This document shows positions 10,774-23,806 of a stretch of DNA of 64,000 nt, in pieces (positions within the stretch are counted from its first letter, which is position 1; each line of letters opens with the position of its first letter). A program made the position numbers and the translations under genes. The notes beneath the pieces were generated by a model. That model saw only the letters and a program-made list of their open reading frames with translations. It searched no databases and was not told the origin of the DNA. This DNA is from Mayamaea pseudoterrestris (taxonomy: Eukaryota). The stretch is taken from positions 868,001-932,000 of the forward strand of contig BROI01000011.1 in NCBI GenBank assembly GCA_027923505.1, written 5' to 3'.

Positions 10774-12006
10774 ATGATTGCTCAGATCATTGCTCGTCTC
10801 TTTCTATTGACTTTGACGGATGCTTTCTACGGAGACGCTCCACTCTTCGGCGCCATGCAAGTAAGAAACGGGCATGCGACGAGAGATTTGCATTCGAGAC
10901 AGGTCGGATACTTCGATACGTCATCAATACCTCTGTTCATGGGAAAGGGCGACGGCAAGACGAAGCGAAAGAAGAAGAAACCTCTTTCGACTGCTTCAAT
11001 TGCTCCGGCGATTACTAGCAGCAACCCAATTCCAGCTTCATCATCGTCTCAAAGCCAGCCTCTCCGCGTAACGAACGACATTAACGTCCCCATTCGTCAT
11101 CAGATTCAAATGGCCCGAATCAATAAGCAACTTTCATCAAGTGGAAGCAGCTTTCGACAGCAAAAGCGCACGGCCTATCGACGGTCCGTCACGGAGGAGG
11201 AAGCTGAGTCCAAGGCGCTGGAGCGCAAGCGGCGCGGCCAAGATCCAGATTGGGATGTCATTCTTTCTCGCAATCGAACGTCCCCGCTGGTGATTGTTGA
11301 CGGCTACAACATTATACACCAATGGCCGCGATTGAAGAAACACATGACCAAGGGAGATACGGCGCGTGCTCGACAATTATTGATCGATGACTTGGAAAAT
11401 CTGCGAACCATTCGCGGATGGCGAATTGAAGTAGTATTTGATGGCACCCGGCGCAATACGGCTGGAGCACTTGGGCATGGCCATCGAGGATCACATAGAC
11501 CCTCGACGGCCGACAAGCAGTCAAAGGCATCCATTTCCAAACACGGCGTTCGAGTCGTTTACTCTGGTGTTGGTACGGAGGCTGATACATACATCGAAGC
11601 GCGAGCGCATCGGGCGCAAAACGTTACGCAAGGAGAAATGACAAGCTCATTTATCATTGCGACTGACGATAGCATGATCCGTCTGGCAGGCCAGAATGCT
11701 GGGGCAGTTTGTATGGGCGCTGAACGCTTTGTCAATGAGCTGAAGGCGGCAAAGGAATCGATTGGCTTTCTCGTTGAGGCTGCTGTAGCCCGAGCCAATG
11801 GCCACGTTATTCGACCTGAAAAATTGCGAAGTACGTCGATACATACGTTTGGACGAGGATCCGTACTCATTGAAGATAAGCGCAATCGAACAAAAGCCCG
11901 TGTCAAAGCGCCTGATATTGATTTCAAACTAAACATTGAACTGGAGGAAAAGAATGGACTGCACTGGGCGTTTGTCCCTCCCAATCGAACAAACAAATTT
12001 TCATGA
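10774..12006 (+). CDS. YacP/Rae1-like NYN-domain ribonuclease, probably plastid-targeted
   Basis: Motifs LVIVDGYNII, VVFDG, EADTYIE and ATDD. The N-terminus MIAQIIARLFLLTLTDAF resembles a diatom bipartite presequence. The ORF track starts at 10720. Confidence 0.8.
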   Translation: MIAQIIARLFLLTLTDAFYGDAPLFGAMQVRNGHATRDLHSRQVGYFDTSSIPLFMGKGDGKTKRKKKKPLSTASIAPAITSSNPIPASSSSQSQPLRVTNDINVPIRHQIQMARINKQLSSSGSSFRQQKRTAYRRSVTEEEAESKALERKRRGQDPDWDVILSRNRTSPLVIVDGYNIIHQWPRLKKHMTKGDTARARQLLIDDLENLRTIRGWRIEVVFDGTRRNTAGALGHGHRGSHRPSTADKQSKASISKHGVRVVYSGVGTEADTYIEARAHRAQNVTQGEMTSSFIIATDDSMIRLAGQNAGAVCMGAERFVNELKAAKESIGFLVEAAVARANGHVIRPEKLRSTSIHTFGRGSVLIEDKRNRTKARVKAPDIDFKLNIELEEKNGLHWAFVPPNRTNKFS

Positions 12007-12271
12007 CAATGCTAGCGACGCCAACGCTATCTACATTGTGCCTGCACACACTGCGAAGGTTTCGCAACTGCTCGTTTTGGACGTAAGCAGCAACCGGGCT
12101 GACCAGGTAATAAAGTATGAACTGTATTACTGGCAGCGAGAACGGACGGCGACTGGTCTTCTATAATGCTTCAGCTTGCTGAGCCTAAAATAAAATAAAG
12201 CATACAATTGGCAATGTTTATCTGCTACCTTACAAGTATCGCCGCATAAAAATTCTTGTACTCTCTTTATC

Positions 12272-15200
12272 CTAGCGCTGCTCCTCCTGAAGCGACTCGA
12301 TAATCGTTTGGAACTTTGCGTTGCCTTTGACTCGCCCAACAAAGTCTGCAAAGACGCGCGAGTTCATCGTTCCTTCGAGGCTCTGGAGAGCCAGAATCAC
12401 TCGCACCGCACTCTTGATCCAGTCGTTAAGTCGTTCTAACTCAGTACCAGCTTTTTGACCTGGCTTCTTGTTCAGAGTCTTTTCAAGCGGCTCAACAAAG
12501 GTGTCAATGGAAGCAGCAATGTATGTCGGATGCTGCGAAATCATGGAAATGACAACTTGATGAGCATGCAACTGAATATCTTCTGCATCAGCCAGCGCCT
12601 TAATGAGGATTGGAATGAAACCGGGAACATCCATGCTTTGTGGAAGTGTCTCCAAACATGTGGCAAAGATGCTAAGCGTAACTTTCCGGAGCGGAAGTGC
12701 ATCGTCAACCTTGTGCGTGAACGGTCCAAGATCTACCTTGCGCTCTAATTTTAGATCTGAAATCTCGTACAAGGCTGGGACAATCTCGCCTTGTAGCAGC
12801 GAGCTGATGGTTTTTGGCATTGCCTTAGCAGCCGCGTAAACCATAAGCAGCGCAGCGTGGCGAACTCCCAGTTCCTTCTGTTTCAGCAACTGTACGTATG
12901 TGGGCATGTGCACAGTCAGTTGCGACGAGTCAACTTTCCCAGCTATCGCAAGTTTTACGCAAGTAGCCACCGTCCAACAAACATGCGAATTCTTTTTGGA
13001 AACTTCGTCGTCTTCCGGAAGGTAGCCATCAGGAGCACTGAAACTTGCGTGACTGCGTTGAATATCGGCAAGCTTGGATAGCATTGTTTCTGGCTGAACG
13101 CACGACAAGGAGCCCATGCACTCCGCAACCATCGTCCTAACACTTTCTTCTTCAGTACCGCAATATTTTTCAAGCGGAATTAAAATCATTTGGACACTGG
13201 ATGCAAGACTCACTCCGTTGGAAACTCGAGAACTGCACTGAATAAACTCGCGCAAGGCTGACAGCAACAAATATTGCTGTTTCATATTGTCTTCATCAAG
13301 TTTCGAGACAATGGTCGGCAAGAATGTATCTTGTGACCCGACGCAAGCGTTCCCAAGCGAGTAAGCCGCCGCTGACTTAAGCTCTTCAACTGAGGCGTCA
13401 AAGTACATAAAGTAAACGGTTTTTAAACGATCCGTCGCTCCGTCAACTTCTCCCAAATTCAACATCCGGCCGAGGTCGCCAGTTATCAAGAGTGACAGCT
13501 GAACCTGCCGCACCTCAGATGATGCGACACTATGTTCCAATAGCGCAATAATCTCATTGAGTTCCTTCTCTCTGTCCGCTGGAGGAGCAACAAGCAAGAT
13601 GACAGCGATGCACTTTGCAATATTATAAATCCCATGTCTAGAAATCTTGTCATCCACACGCTGACGCAAAAGAAAGAGGAGGTCGCTGAATGTTGCTGCC
13701 TGGCTAGCAACCATTTGCTGAAACAATTCAAGAACAGATTCAAGTGCATGGTCTTGCAATAAACTTGATTTAGAAAGAGCAAGTGCAGGTTCAAGGCAAT
13801 GTGCTTTGGCCGCGGTCCCGGCTTCTGGGCATACCTGCAAGACTGAAATGCAAACCCGCCTTATTAAAACAACAAATGAGTTAGTGTGCTGGTATAGACG
13901 GATTGCATAATACAACTCTCTACTCACAAGCTGAGGTGACACAAGTGCAAATCGCTGTCGACAATCAGCGAAGCAATATCTTGCAGGAGGGAGGAGAAAA
14001 GCGTGCCGTCGGTCAAAATAGGATGCGAGCCATGGTTTATGACAATGATGTCGAGGGCTTCCAACGCGGTCTGCTTCAAGCTTCGACTGGCATACTTCAT
14101 GAACGATGCCATGACGGAAATCGAATCGGCCAGTATAGACGAAAGATCCATCCGAGTGTCGTCCATAGAATCATCTCGAGAAGCAGCAGCAACAACGGCA
14201 ATCGTTTTAATTGCCGCGATACGGGTCGTCTCATTTTTCAATCGCTCCAGCAACAGTTGTAACAGCCGATCTTGCTTTGGTTTGTCCAGGCTCCCATGCA
14301 GCGACGACAACAGAGAGCCACACGCAAGAAGGGCGCACTCTTTGATTTCCTGGTCGACGTCATACGCAGCAAGCAGAGGCTCAATTGCTTCGTAAAGCAT
14401 GTCGGCAACAACTTTACCCTCATTCTTTTTTGTAGTCGTATCAGCATCGCTCGCATACCCGACAACAAAGTACTTTGGCACCGCAGCAATCGCTCTAAGC
14501 GCTTCGGCAATGATTTTGTACCATTGCTCCTTTACAGCTTGACAGACCTCCGGCAGCAAGGTTCGGAGGCCAGTTCGGACGTGAATTGGATCAAGATTTG
14601 TGCTTGTCAGCATGGCATGTACCAACGACAACCCGTCCAGACGTAAAGCCTTGCTAGTGCCTTCACGATGCGAGTTACCATCGCTACTACCCGACAACAA
14701 AGTACGTAGGTGTTGAAACACCGAAGAAATTTCGCTTTGCCCACCGACGCCGCCGGGCGCTTTGCTCAAGGTGGAAAGAAGTGCTAGAGCGCTCGACTTG
14801 GATCGCTCATTTCCCTTCTTTACCCCAAGCACCTTTTCGCAAGCTTTCACAAGCTTCGGAGCATACTCTTTCCGCACATCAATGTCAACCACAGACGAAT
14901 TGGATGTGTCCATTTCGTTTTGTCCAGCAAAACTAATGACTCCAGCCTGCGCAGCCTGAATCGTCTCGTCCAAAAGCAGAGTGAAGCACTCAATAATCTC
15001 CACCCGACAGTTCTCCTCACGTTCCTTAAAGCGTCCCACTACAGCTTCCGAAACACGCGCCGTCTTTCCGCAACGAACTGCGTACTGCGTCGTCCATAGC
15101 GCGGAAGGATCGTGCTTCTTGGACTGAACAACAGCCTTCAAGGCACGAATCGCACTGCGGCGGACCTTCCAGCTTTCATCGTCGTCGTCATCCTCATCAT

Positions 15201-16446
15201 CTTCCTCATCGTCATAGTCATTGTCTTCGTCATCGTAATCATCTTCAGCATCCTCCTGCTCGACCACAACTTCGTCTGACCCGTACGAGTAGTTCGGGTC
15301 GTAGGCCGTGTAAGCAAGCGCCGCCTGGATGATCTTTTCAAGGTGGGGTTCCACTTCATTGGGACAGCTTCGAACAAACGACTCAAAACCCATAAAACAT
15401 GACTCTCGGAGTTCATTCGCCAAGGCCGTCGCTGCATCGCCCCTGTTATCGCTGTCCATGGCAACGTCAGTCCCTTCGTCCATGTCTTGATCCTCATCGT
15501 CATCATCGCCCGTGACGGCATCCTCTGGATCCGTAAACCGCAAGAAGATGGGCAAGATACGATCGATTTGCTGCTGTCCAAGACGATGCCCAACTTGTCC
15601 AGACACGGCACACATGGTGCGAATCAAAGCGCGCGTGTCGGCATTCTTTTGTGAAGGCATAGTTCCAGCGGCCGAGTGAGCTGACCGCGTCTTGCGCCGC
15701 CCAACCTTGCCAACTCCCTGAGCCATGTCAATTTGACTCAATAAGCTTTCCACCATACGCATCAACAAGGCATCCGATAGGACAACAGAAAGACAAGCCA
15801 TGGTAGTTCCGGCGCGCTTGCGAGCGACTGGATAAGGCGACTCAGAAAGCTGCTTGAGGCACGTTTGTAGAATTGGTTCATGCTGCTTGACCACCGATGC
15901 TGCAGACCCACCAAAACGCTGCAACAAATCCGTGAGAATATCAAAGCAAGCAAGAATGATCTCCTCGTCTTCCGACTTGACGCCCCGCTCCAAAATGCGT
16001 GACACTAGCTTTTCCGCCACCTTGTTTCCCATGCTCGCCGGAACCGTCTTTACCAACGTTCGAAGACCAATCGCGTACACGTCACGCAGCTCCGTCTTGG
16101 AAGCATCAAGTACTTGATCCGTTAAAGAGTCTTCAATCTCAAGAACAAGCTCCTCTTGAACAGTAATCAAAAGCACGCTCAGAGTCTTGACCGCCACTGC
16201 TTGTACGTCATGCGACTTGTCGTGCAATAGATTCAACACGGCCTTGCAAATGGACCGCTCCGTCGACGTATCAAGCGTCGCCATTGCCGCATTGTCCGCA
16301 TCGGCGCCTGGATTGCTTCCATACTGCTGCTGGTGGCGCTTGAGAACCTCGCAAAGATCCGACGTGGCCATATACCGCTCGTCCTTGTCGTAATGCTCCG
16401 TCTTTTTGAGAAGGGCGGGGATGCTGACGGAGAGAGCGTCGGTCAT
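12272..16446 (-). CDS. CAND1: Cullin-associated NEDD8-dissociated protein 1 (2 exons, intron 13860-13927)
   Basis: N-terminal DKDERYMATSDL, central YDPNY…DDDDESWKVRRSA, C-terminal RKVDLGPFTHKVDDALPLRK. A GT-AG intron joins the two ORFs in frame. Confidence 0.95.
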
Positions 16447-16828
16447 TGTGGTTCAGCAGAGTAATAGAGAGATAGACGAAAGGGTTGCTGCAAAATACAA
16501 GATAGCTGTCAAAGACTGTAGTCCGAGTGCCAAGGAAGCACGACAGTCTTGAGAATTCTCATGGTCGACCACAGCGCGCGCCGCGACGATGAGCAAAGAT
16601 CCAACCGGACCGACGGACAGACGCTCGCCGCCACCTTCCTCTATGTACCGGTACGGTAATGAAAGCTACCGCATCTAATCAAATTTTTAAAGTACTAGCA
16701 GTTCCATCTGCAGCCGTCCTGACAATTGGCTAGTGACTTTAAATAATGTTGGAGCTAATAGAGACTACGTTGAAAGAAATGCACGAGCTTTCATCGTGCT
16801 TTTTGCTTTACCTGAACTGTATTCGTAC

Positions 16829-19822
16829 CTACTTTCGACTAGACTCGTACATCAGATGATTCACAACAATTTCTGCAGCCACATCAGCAAACTCCTTCAA
16901 AGAGACAGCCGTGCAAGCAGGCTGAATATCATAGGCTTCCGAAACAATAGTATCAGCCAAGTCCATCGCGTGAGCCGTCCAGTACCAGGGTGCCAACGCA
17001 GAGTCGCCATTGTCCGTCGCATGATATGATTCATCGAGTGTCATCAGCATGTTGACATGCGAAGTTGCATTCAAACGCTCCACTGCATCGTTCAAAGAGC
17101 GAGACATCCACGCTGCGGTGTCCGAGCAGACTTGGTAGTAGTTCAAGACCAATTTGGGAAGAATCTTGGATCGAAGCTGGATACGTTCCGTATGGCGGCG
17201 ACTCTCGTCGTTGTCAACCACGAGGGAAGTCGCCTCATTAGTCTTGGCATCGTCGCGCATGAGAAGCCAGCCACCAGGGAAGGCCAGGACAGCCGCGAGG
17301 CTCTCGCGAGCAGCATGGGCGCGCACCTTGAGCCTCTGGCTGATCGCTCGCTTTTCCTGGATCAGCTCGCGCTCTTGCATTTGGCGCGCAATTGGCGCAC
17401 TAATAGAGTCTAACTTACTTGGATCAACTTGGTCGTCGACCACGCTTGGACATGCATCTGAAGTTGCAATCGCCTCGATCCATGCCTTGTAGTCAAAGTC
17501 AGCTTTCAAATACAATAGGTACGCCGCATATTCAGTCTTGAGGTCTTCCATCTCGTTCGATACGTCATCATCAAAGTGACTGATACGATCCAACATCTTC
17601 TTCTCCAATTCTTCGTCGTCACGAAGAGTATTTTCGACAAAAAGCTCGGCCGATGCCATCTTACCAGCCAGCAGAAATTGACGAAAGAGGGTGTTCGTAA
17701 ATTCCAAAGCATGATGCAAGTGCTTTTTCGAGAAACTGAGCCACTTGATGCAATCCATCATTTGAAGGTCTGACTGAGTTGGGGTATCAGGATCAATGTC
17801 ATCAAAACCATCGTTCAATATGCTGTCGACAACGATGCGTATAATTTCCGTATCAAGGTCAGGCACCAAAAGATGATCATGAAGCTGCTCCACAACTGTG
17901 CGCCGCTCATCGGGACTTGTGATCGGCAGCAACAACGGAGGAAGGCAATCCAAAATGCTTTCGGTTGGCAACATTGAAGCATACAAGACACGCATGTACC
18001 AAAGATCGTCTCGGGCAGCCAAGATCCGCAAATAACTCTGTAATGCCCGGTTCTTAATGTCATAAACACCAGGAATCCCGTCCGCGAGGGTTGCATCGGT
18101 GGACAATACATCAAGATACATGAGCAAGTGAACGAAAAAGCGTGTGAAGGATTCATCTGACAGGAGTCCTTGCTCAATCTTTGTAATGCATTCGTGCAAA
18201 AAGTCAATGACAGCGCTTTCGCCAATCAAAAACTTTGCGGTCATTTGAGATGCAGGGTCATCGCACTGCATCTGCGGGTAAGGTGTCGACTTTAGCATAT
18301 CGATGATTTGACCTTCCTCCCAATTTGAGTAATCGCTCGTCGCCGCCAGGTGTTCGATCTCGCTCGTTTCGAATTGAGTTCCCGGGTAAGGACCCTTCGC
18401 ACGTCGATGATTGTTGTATCGGTGAAGAATTTCGTCTTCGAGTCTGCCAAAGACGGATCGAAAGGTAACGTACAATCCCTTTTCCCACGAGCGCAGCGTC
18501 GGATTCTGCAAGGCAGCCTGCAAATTACACCCCAAGACGGCATGAATGGCACCTTGCTCCTCGCAGCAGACTGAAATTTGCTTCTCAGCCATCTTTGCCG
18601 CCTTGATCCATTGGAAGCGCCGCCAGAGCGGTCGGCGGTCGTTGCCCGTTACATGGTACTCGACACGTTGCGCGCCTGGATTAGTCACTTGCTGATAACC
18701 CAATGGCTCTTCGCCCGTAAAGACAATGGCTCGCCACGGCACGTTGCTATCCTTCCAAAGCATTTGCGCGTCGGGATTCCGACCAGCCAGTAGAAGCGCC
18801 AATGAGCACTCGAAAAGTTCCGCATCCTTGTCTGTCTCTGGTAATCCCTGCTTCTTGAGAATCAACGAGTCCTCCAAGTATCGCACCTGCCGGGGTCGCG
18901 TCACTCCACTCGGAAGAACGTGATGAAAGCAAGCTTCCAGCCAACGGATGATGAGAGCATGACGCCGAATAAAACCTGGGGCCGCATTGCTACTCATGTG
19001 GCTCAGCACTGCTTTTGGGTGTTCGCTCACCTTGTCCGCCAGTTCTTCCTTGAACGCTTCAAGCTCAATCTGACGACGGCGCTTGGCATCACTCGCATCA
19101 TTCCAGAGCAAAAAATCAATCCCAAGTTTCCGCAACATGCTCAAGAGCAACCAAAAGTTGCCTTGCTTTCGATGCGCAGCACTTGCATTCTCCCAGCAGG
19201 TTCGCTGCAAGGCTTGCAAAAAGTCCACTTCCATCCGACATTTTTCATTCTCAGCATGCAGCTGCTGACTTTGGCGTTCAGACTGCAGTCGCTTGGCATT
19301 GACAAACGCCAACGTTGCCTCATAAAAGCGCAAATAGTCAATATGGCTGCTCGCGCCAGAGGGGATGGATCGCTGCGTAATGAGCCGCGATGATGGCGTC
19401 GTACTGTACGGAGATGACATGGGCGAGTAAAACTCGCTCGACGTGGTACTGCTGGCGCTCGAAGGTGTTCGTCTCTGCTTCTTGCTTTGATTGCTCATGA
19501 CTGGCGTGTTGGATCGCTCTAGATTCGACTGGCGCTTGGGTTGAGGCGTTGCGGTGCGAGTCAGCGTCGGTAAACCCGTCGGTTCATCGTCGTAGTCGTA
19601 ATTATCATCTTCCATATCTTCGACTTGTTCTTCAGGAAAGTCACTCTCTGTCTCGGAACGTAACCATTCCCTCTGTTCTTCAATTCCTCCAAAGTCAAAC
19701 GTCCCAGGGTAATGACGAGACGATGAAAAGGATTGAAGGCTTGCACGGACCTTTGCGGCGGCGCGAGTAGCAATGTCCTCCAAATCAGCCATGTCGACGT
19801 CTGAGTCATCTTGGAGCGACAT
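16829..19822 (-). CDS. NUP107: Nucleoporin Nup107/Nup84-like
   Basis: ~1000-aa helical protein with LLLAGR…WRA…G…GNDRRPLWRR and WE motifs plus a C-terminal GGWL, as in the Nup84/107 family. Confidence 0.7.
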   Translation of the reverse strand: MSLQDDSDVDMADLEDIATRAAAKVRASLQSFSSSRHYPGTFDFGGIEEQREWLRSETESDFPEEQVEDMEDDNYDYDDEPTGLPTLTRTATPQPKRQSNLERSNTPVMSNQSKKQRRTPSSASSTTSSEFYSPMSSPYSTTPSSRLITQRSIPSGASSHIDYLRFYEATLAFVNAKRLQSERQSQQLHAENEKCRMEVDFLQALQRTCWENASAAHRKQGNFWLLLSMLRKLGIDFLLWNDASDAKRRRQIELEAFKEELADKVSEHPKAVLSHMSSNAAPGFIRRHALIIRWLEACFHHVLPSGVTRPRQVRYLEDSLILKKQGLPETDKDAELFECSLALLLAGRNPDAQMLWKDSNVPWRAIVFTGEEPLGYQQVTNPGAQRVEYHVTGNDRRPLWRRFQWIKAAKMAEKQISVCCEEQGAIHAVLGCNLQAALQNPTLRSWEKGLYVTFRSVFGRLEDEILHRYNNHRRAKGPYPGTQFETSEIEHLAATSDYSNWEEGQIIDMLKSTPYPQMQCDDPASQMTAKFLIGESAVIDFLHECITKIEQGLLSDESFTRFFVHLLMYLDVLSTDATLADGIPGVYDIKNRALQSYLRILAARDDLWYMRVLYASMLPTESILDCLPPLLLPITSPDERRTVVEQLHDHLLVPDLDTEIIRIVVDSILNDGFDDIDPDTPTQSDLQMMDCIKWLSFSKKHLHHALEFTNTLFRQFLLAGKMASAELFVENTLRDDEELEKKMLDRISHFDDDVSNEMEDLKTEYAAYLLYLKADFDYKAWIEAIATSDACPSVVDDQVDPSKLDSISAPIARQMQERELIQEKRAISQRLKVRAHAARESLAAVLAFPGGWLLMRDDAKTNEATSLVVDNDESRRHTERIQLRSKILPKLVLNYYQVCSDTAAWMSRSLNDAVERLNATSHVNMLMTLDESYHATDNGDSALAPWYWTAHAMDLADTIVSEAYDIQPACTAVSLKEFADVAAEIVVNHLMYESSRK

Positions 19823-20030
19823 GTTTAAATCACAAAAGTCGAAAGAAGTCAAGCAATACCTGTATTACTCGTCAATGACAAGACGATGGGTGCATCGCGC
19901 GTGGTGGATGCGCTTGGTTGTGTGGCAGCAGCACCATCAGTCATTACCGCTACGATAGTCACAAAAACAGCTGTTCCGCGGTGACACTTTTGTTGGGCCT
20001 TTGGGTCATCTCATTTTTCTCGATTCCACC

Positions 20031-21461
20031 ATGAGGATGTTCCGTCGTTCTACGACTACAAGTCTGCTTTTATTAACATTGCTAGCTGCGGCAAGCTCAT
20101 CACTAGCAAGCGTTCACGCTGAGCAGAACGACAAGCAGATCTTTCATAACCAACTGATCGAACAGACCCGTCAACTCATTCAAACTGTCAATGAGGCGAC
20201 TGCTTCATCTCCGGAGAGGTCATTACTAACCATCCGAGGCTTACAAACACAAGATGAGGCCGACTATACGACAGTCCTAGATGATGGGACGACGGTAGTC
20301 TCCATACAGCCCATCTGCCGCGCCCTCGAACAAAACTTCGTCCACAACGTGACATGCACCTGCACTGGATCAAGCCTATCCTTCTTCAGCATTACTTGCC
20401 GCTACGACGAGTCTGTCTGCAGCTTGACAGGAACATCATGTGGTTCACCGGTGCTCGCATTGAGCATGGTCAATTTTGCCGCTTTTAGTGCCACGTCTTG
20501 CGTCTACAATTACACACGAAACAACGTGGAGCTACCGGACGTTTGCATCTCTCTTCAAACTTGTCCGTACGCAACGACGAGTGACGCTGGCATTCAGCAG
20601 CAAAGCTTTTGTGGCTGCATGGCGCAAGTAAATGGGAAATCATGTTCCGAGTGCAGCCTGTGTCGCGCTGATGAGAGTGGATTGGTCATGGACAACAGTC
20701 CAGGGTCGGCAGCAACGACTGGCGTATTCTTGAACTGCAGCAATCAGAATGCTGAGTTTATCACCGAGTCATGCAGTGCGCTGGATCTTGATTTGGATGT
20801 GTCTGGCTTATCATCGGCTATGAGGTAAGTGGTTGGGTCAATGACGTTTGATTTGAGCTTCGTGTATATGTTGTCAAACGAGTTGCTTACGCGTCGCCTT
20901 GCGTCTCCACGTGACAGCGGATTTCTCCCCAATTTCAATGGCCTTTGTAGTCAGTTGGAGAGTGGACTTGATAATAAGATTGCATGCGACTGCAGCGACT
21001 CCGGCGGTGGCAACTTCAACGTGACATGCAAGACCACTGACGAACAATGCTACAAGGACAAGAATGAAACAGTCTGCGGCCAAGTCCAATCCCTGGTATT
21101 GGTCGAGGAAGGCATTGTGGCGAATGTGACGGCATGTTCTGACTACTCCAAGCCGCACAACTTGGAACCAATGTGTGTATCGTTTGCATTGGAGAAAGGC
21201 AGTGATCAGGAGAATCGCATCGTCAACTGCGACGCCTCGTACGACGGCCAACCTTGCTCGTGTAGCCTTTGCGACAACAATCAAGGCGTCAATCTCGACT
21301 GCACTAAGGCCGCGCCGTGGGCCAAGATTGATTCATGTCAGCCGATTAACAGTGTGTACGAGTTCCTTCCTGCCTTTCCCGACGCACCCAAATCAAGCGC
21401 AAAGACACTCACGATAGGTGGTATATCTGTTATGCTATTGCTATTCGGCTTCGTCTGTTAA
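20031..21461 (+). CDS. Secreted or surface Cys-rich protein with two internal repeat domains (intron 20825-20917)
   Basis: Signal peptide; two similar Cys-rich units (C..LE….C.C…F.VTC…CG…NGxxC..CSLC…GV.L.C); hydrophobic C-terminus (TM or GPI). Confidence 0.75.
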
Positions 21462-22016
21462 AATATCTTTGCTCGATAAACAAGTGGCCCATCGTGGTGG
21501 ACGATTTTTGAATGAGATAGTAACGAGTTGCGCTCGATTTGGGTGGGGTGGTCGAAGTGTGCAACGGCTTATCGCAAATAAGATGAAAAGTGCTGCAAAT
21601 AGTTTATATACATAGACATGTATCATATCTTGAGTTTGCTTGATGTAGGAACTAGCAAGAAGTTGGATTTGAGCTAAAATAGACGATCAATTAGTTGCAT
21701 TAGCAATGACAGTGTAAAAGTGACTCTCGCTTCGCAGTGCTACGTTTGAGCTGTAGTGACTGGCACGACCTTGCGAAATTGCTAAGTGAAAGAAGCTTTT
21801 TGTTAAACGTCCATCCTTTTACCAATGGAAAGGTATAAATCAAGTACAGTATATCTGTGTGCTTGTTTAGGGTAGCTGGACAGCGTCTGGCTGCCGCTGC
21901 GCCGCGACGGCAAACAGAAACGGCGACGCGCGAGAGATCGCAAGATCCGTCGCTGCGCGCAACCGCGAAATTTCTTTGCACAAGTTGTCGAACCTTTCTC
22001 CGCAGCGACGCTTCCA

Positions 22017-22481
22017 ATGGATCCACCGCCACCAACATCGTCTAACGACTCTGCTGACCTTCCAGAGAATCGCTTCGAACTCGAATTGGAGTTTGTCCAG
22101 GCACTAGCGTCGCCGGCCTACCTGCACTTTCTTGCCACCTATCGCGAAGGAAATGGGCCAGTCTTACTTCAAGATCCTCAATTCATTGAGTATTTAAAGT
22201 ACTTGCGCAAAACTTGGACACGTCCAGAGTATGCGCGATTCATACTGTATCCGCATGCCCTCTTCTTCCTCGAGTTGCTTTGTGGAGAATCGAACGGAGG
22301 CGCCGATGTTTCCACGGTGGCACGCGAATGGTCCCAGCCAGGCTTTCGAGACTTTTGTCATCAGCAACAATTCTTGGCGTGGCAGCATCGACATAGAACT
22401 TTATATGGAGGAGGTAACGTTGAAGCATCTGCCGCGACAAACGAGGACGGCGTAGCTCCGTCTGATGCTGCTAATAGTTGA
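22017..22481 (+). CDS. MED31: Mediator subunit 31 (SOH1)
   Basis: RFELELEFVQALASPAYLHFLA…FIEYLKYL…W..PEYARFILYPHAL..LELL is the SOH1 signature. Confidence 0.93.
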   Translation: MDPPPPTSSNDSADLPENRFELELEFVQALASPAYLHFLATYREGNGPVLLQDPQFIEYLKYLRKTWTRPEYARFILYPHALFFLELLCGESNGGADVSTVAREWSQPGFRDFCHQQQFLAWQHRHRTLYGGGNVEASAATNEDGVAPSDAANS

Positions 22482-22801
22482 CACTTGACACCTCGAGAGC
22501 AAGTCAAGGATCAGTTGCGAGATTACAGTGCGAGAATGTATTAAAATCAGAAAGGAGGGACCAGAACAATTTGGCATATGTAACGAGAGAGCTTATGCTT
22601 TCTGTCTTGTCGTTCATTGAATTGAATGCGCGCAATTATTGTCGGCTGTAGTGAACGAATGTTGCGCAACGCACACTTCGCTCCTGGTTTACCTTCTTTT
22701 CAGGCGCATACAACATAAACAATACTTTTTACAGATAAACATGTAAACTTTGTTAAAATTCGTGGCTTAACAGACCAGGACCGCCCGATGTATTGCCATG
22801 T

Positions 22802-23806
22802 TTAGTCCTCGTGAAAGGACGTACTTGCTAGCCCAGCGTTTCGCGTCGCCACTCGCTCCGTAGCTCGATGGTTCGACTGCAATGGCGGCGGCATGTAGAT
22901 GCGTCCAATGCCAGCCCAGAAAACGTAGGCTGTAATGAGCAGAACGACGCCAACCAAGGGAAGTGAAACGGTACATCCAAAGCTAAAGTAATTGGCCATG
23001 GTCATGAGGGACGCCGCAAGGTGCGTCGATAAGCAGAGAAGCAACGCCAAGTTCCCTCCATGGCGCGAGTTGCCAAACCAGCCACCGACGCGGACCGGCG
23101 TATCCTCGTCTGCGTCGCCGCGATGAAACATGAGTCGACGCCGCATCCCAAAGAACGTAAACAGCATCCAAAAGATATCCATTACGAAAAAGCAAAAGGC
23201 ATATATTGCCGATATTACCAGAGTTGGCAGCGCTGGACAACTTGGTTGGTACAAGACTCCTCCATTGTTTGTCGCTTCACTCGCCAACAAGGTTCCGTAG
23301 AGCATAATCGCATGCATACCTCCAAATCCGCACCCAGCGGCGATTCCACAAGAAGCATCGTTCAACTGCAACTTGAGTTTGGCCATTTCTGCCCAATTGG
23401 AATGAGCTTCCGCCGATACGCGACGACCTCCAGCAGTCGCGCGAACGCTGGCTTCCGTTGGAACGCTTTGCTGCGTGTTTGCGGCAGCTTCCGCTTGCTG
23501 CTTTTCGACGCTTTGCTGAATGACAGCTTCCACCTTGTGGTAGACGGCGACAAAGACGCATCGCGCAATGAATTGAAAGAATACTCCTGGTAGAACTGCC
23601 GAAAGCGCACCTCCCAAACCAATCTTGTCCAACACAAACCAACATAACGAGGCTGGCAGCGCTCCAAGGGCGAGGAAGACAAAGGCAGCCGAGGTGACGA
23701 CGATTACGAGTTGCGACTTTTGGTAGATGATTAATCCAAAGACGGAGAGAAAGGGACCAAAGGCGATCAGGGCTGACCCAATGGTCAAGGTAAAGTTGGA
23801 GCTCAT
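22802..23806 (-). CDS. APH1: Gamma-secretase subunit APH-1-like
   Basis: Multi-TM protein with N-terminal GSALIAFGP, QFIAR, a GCGFG GxxxG motif and a conserved His in THLAAS. Confidence 0.8.
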   Translation of the reverse strand: MSSNFTLTIGSALIAFGPFLSVFGLIIYQKSQLVIVVTSAAFVFLALGALPASLCWFVLDKIGLGGALSAVLPGVFFQFIARCVFVAVYHKVEAVIQQSVEKQQAEAAANTQQSVPTEASVRATAGGRRVSAEAHSNWAEMAKLKLQLNDASCGIAAGCGFGGMHAIMLYGTLLASEATNNGGVLYQPSCPALPTLVISAIYAFCFFVMDIFWMLFTFFGMRRRLMFHRGDADEDTPVRVGGWFGNSRHGGNLALLLCLSTHLAASLMTMANYFSFGCTVSLPLVGVVLLITAYVFWAGIGRIYMPPPLQSNHRATERVATRNAGLASTSFHED

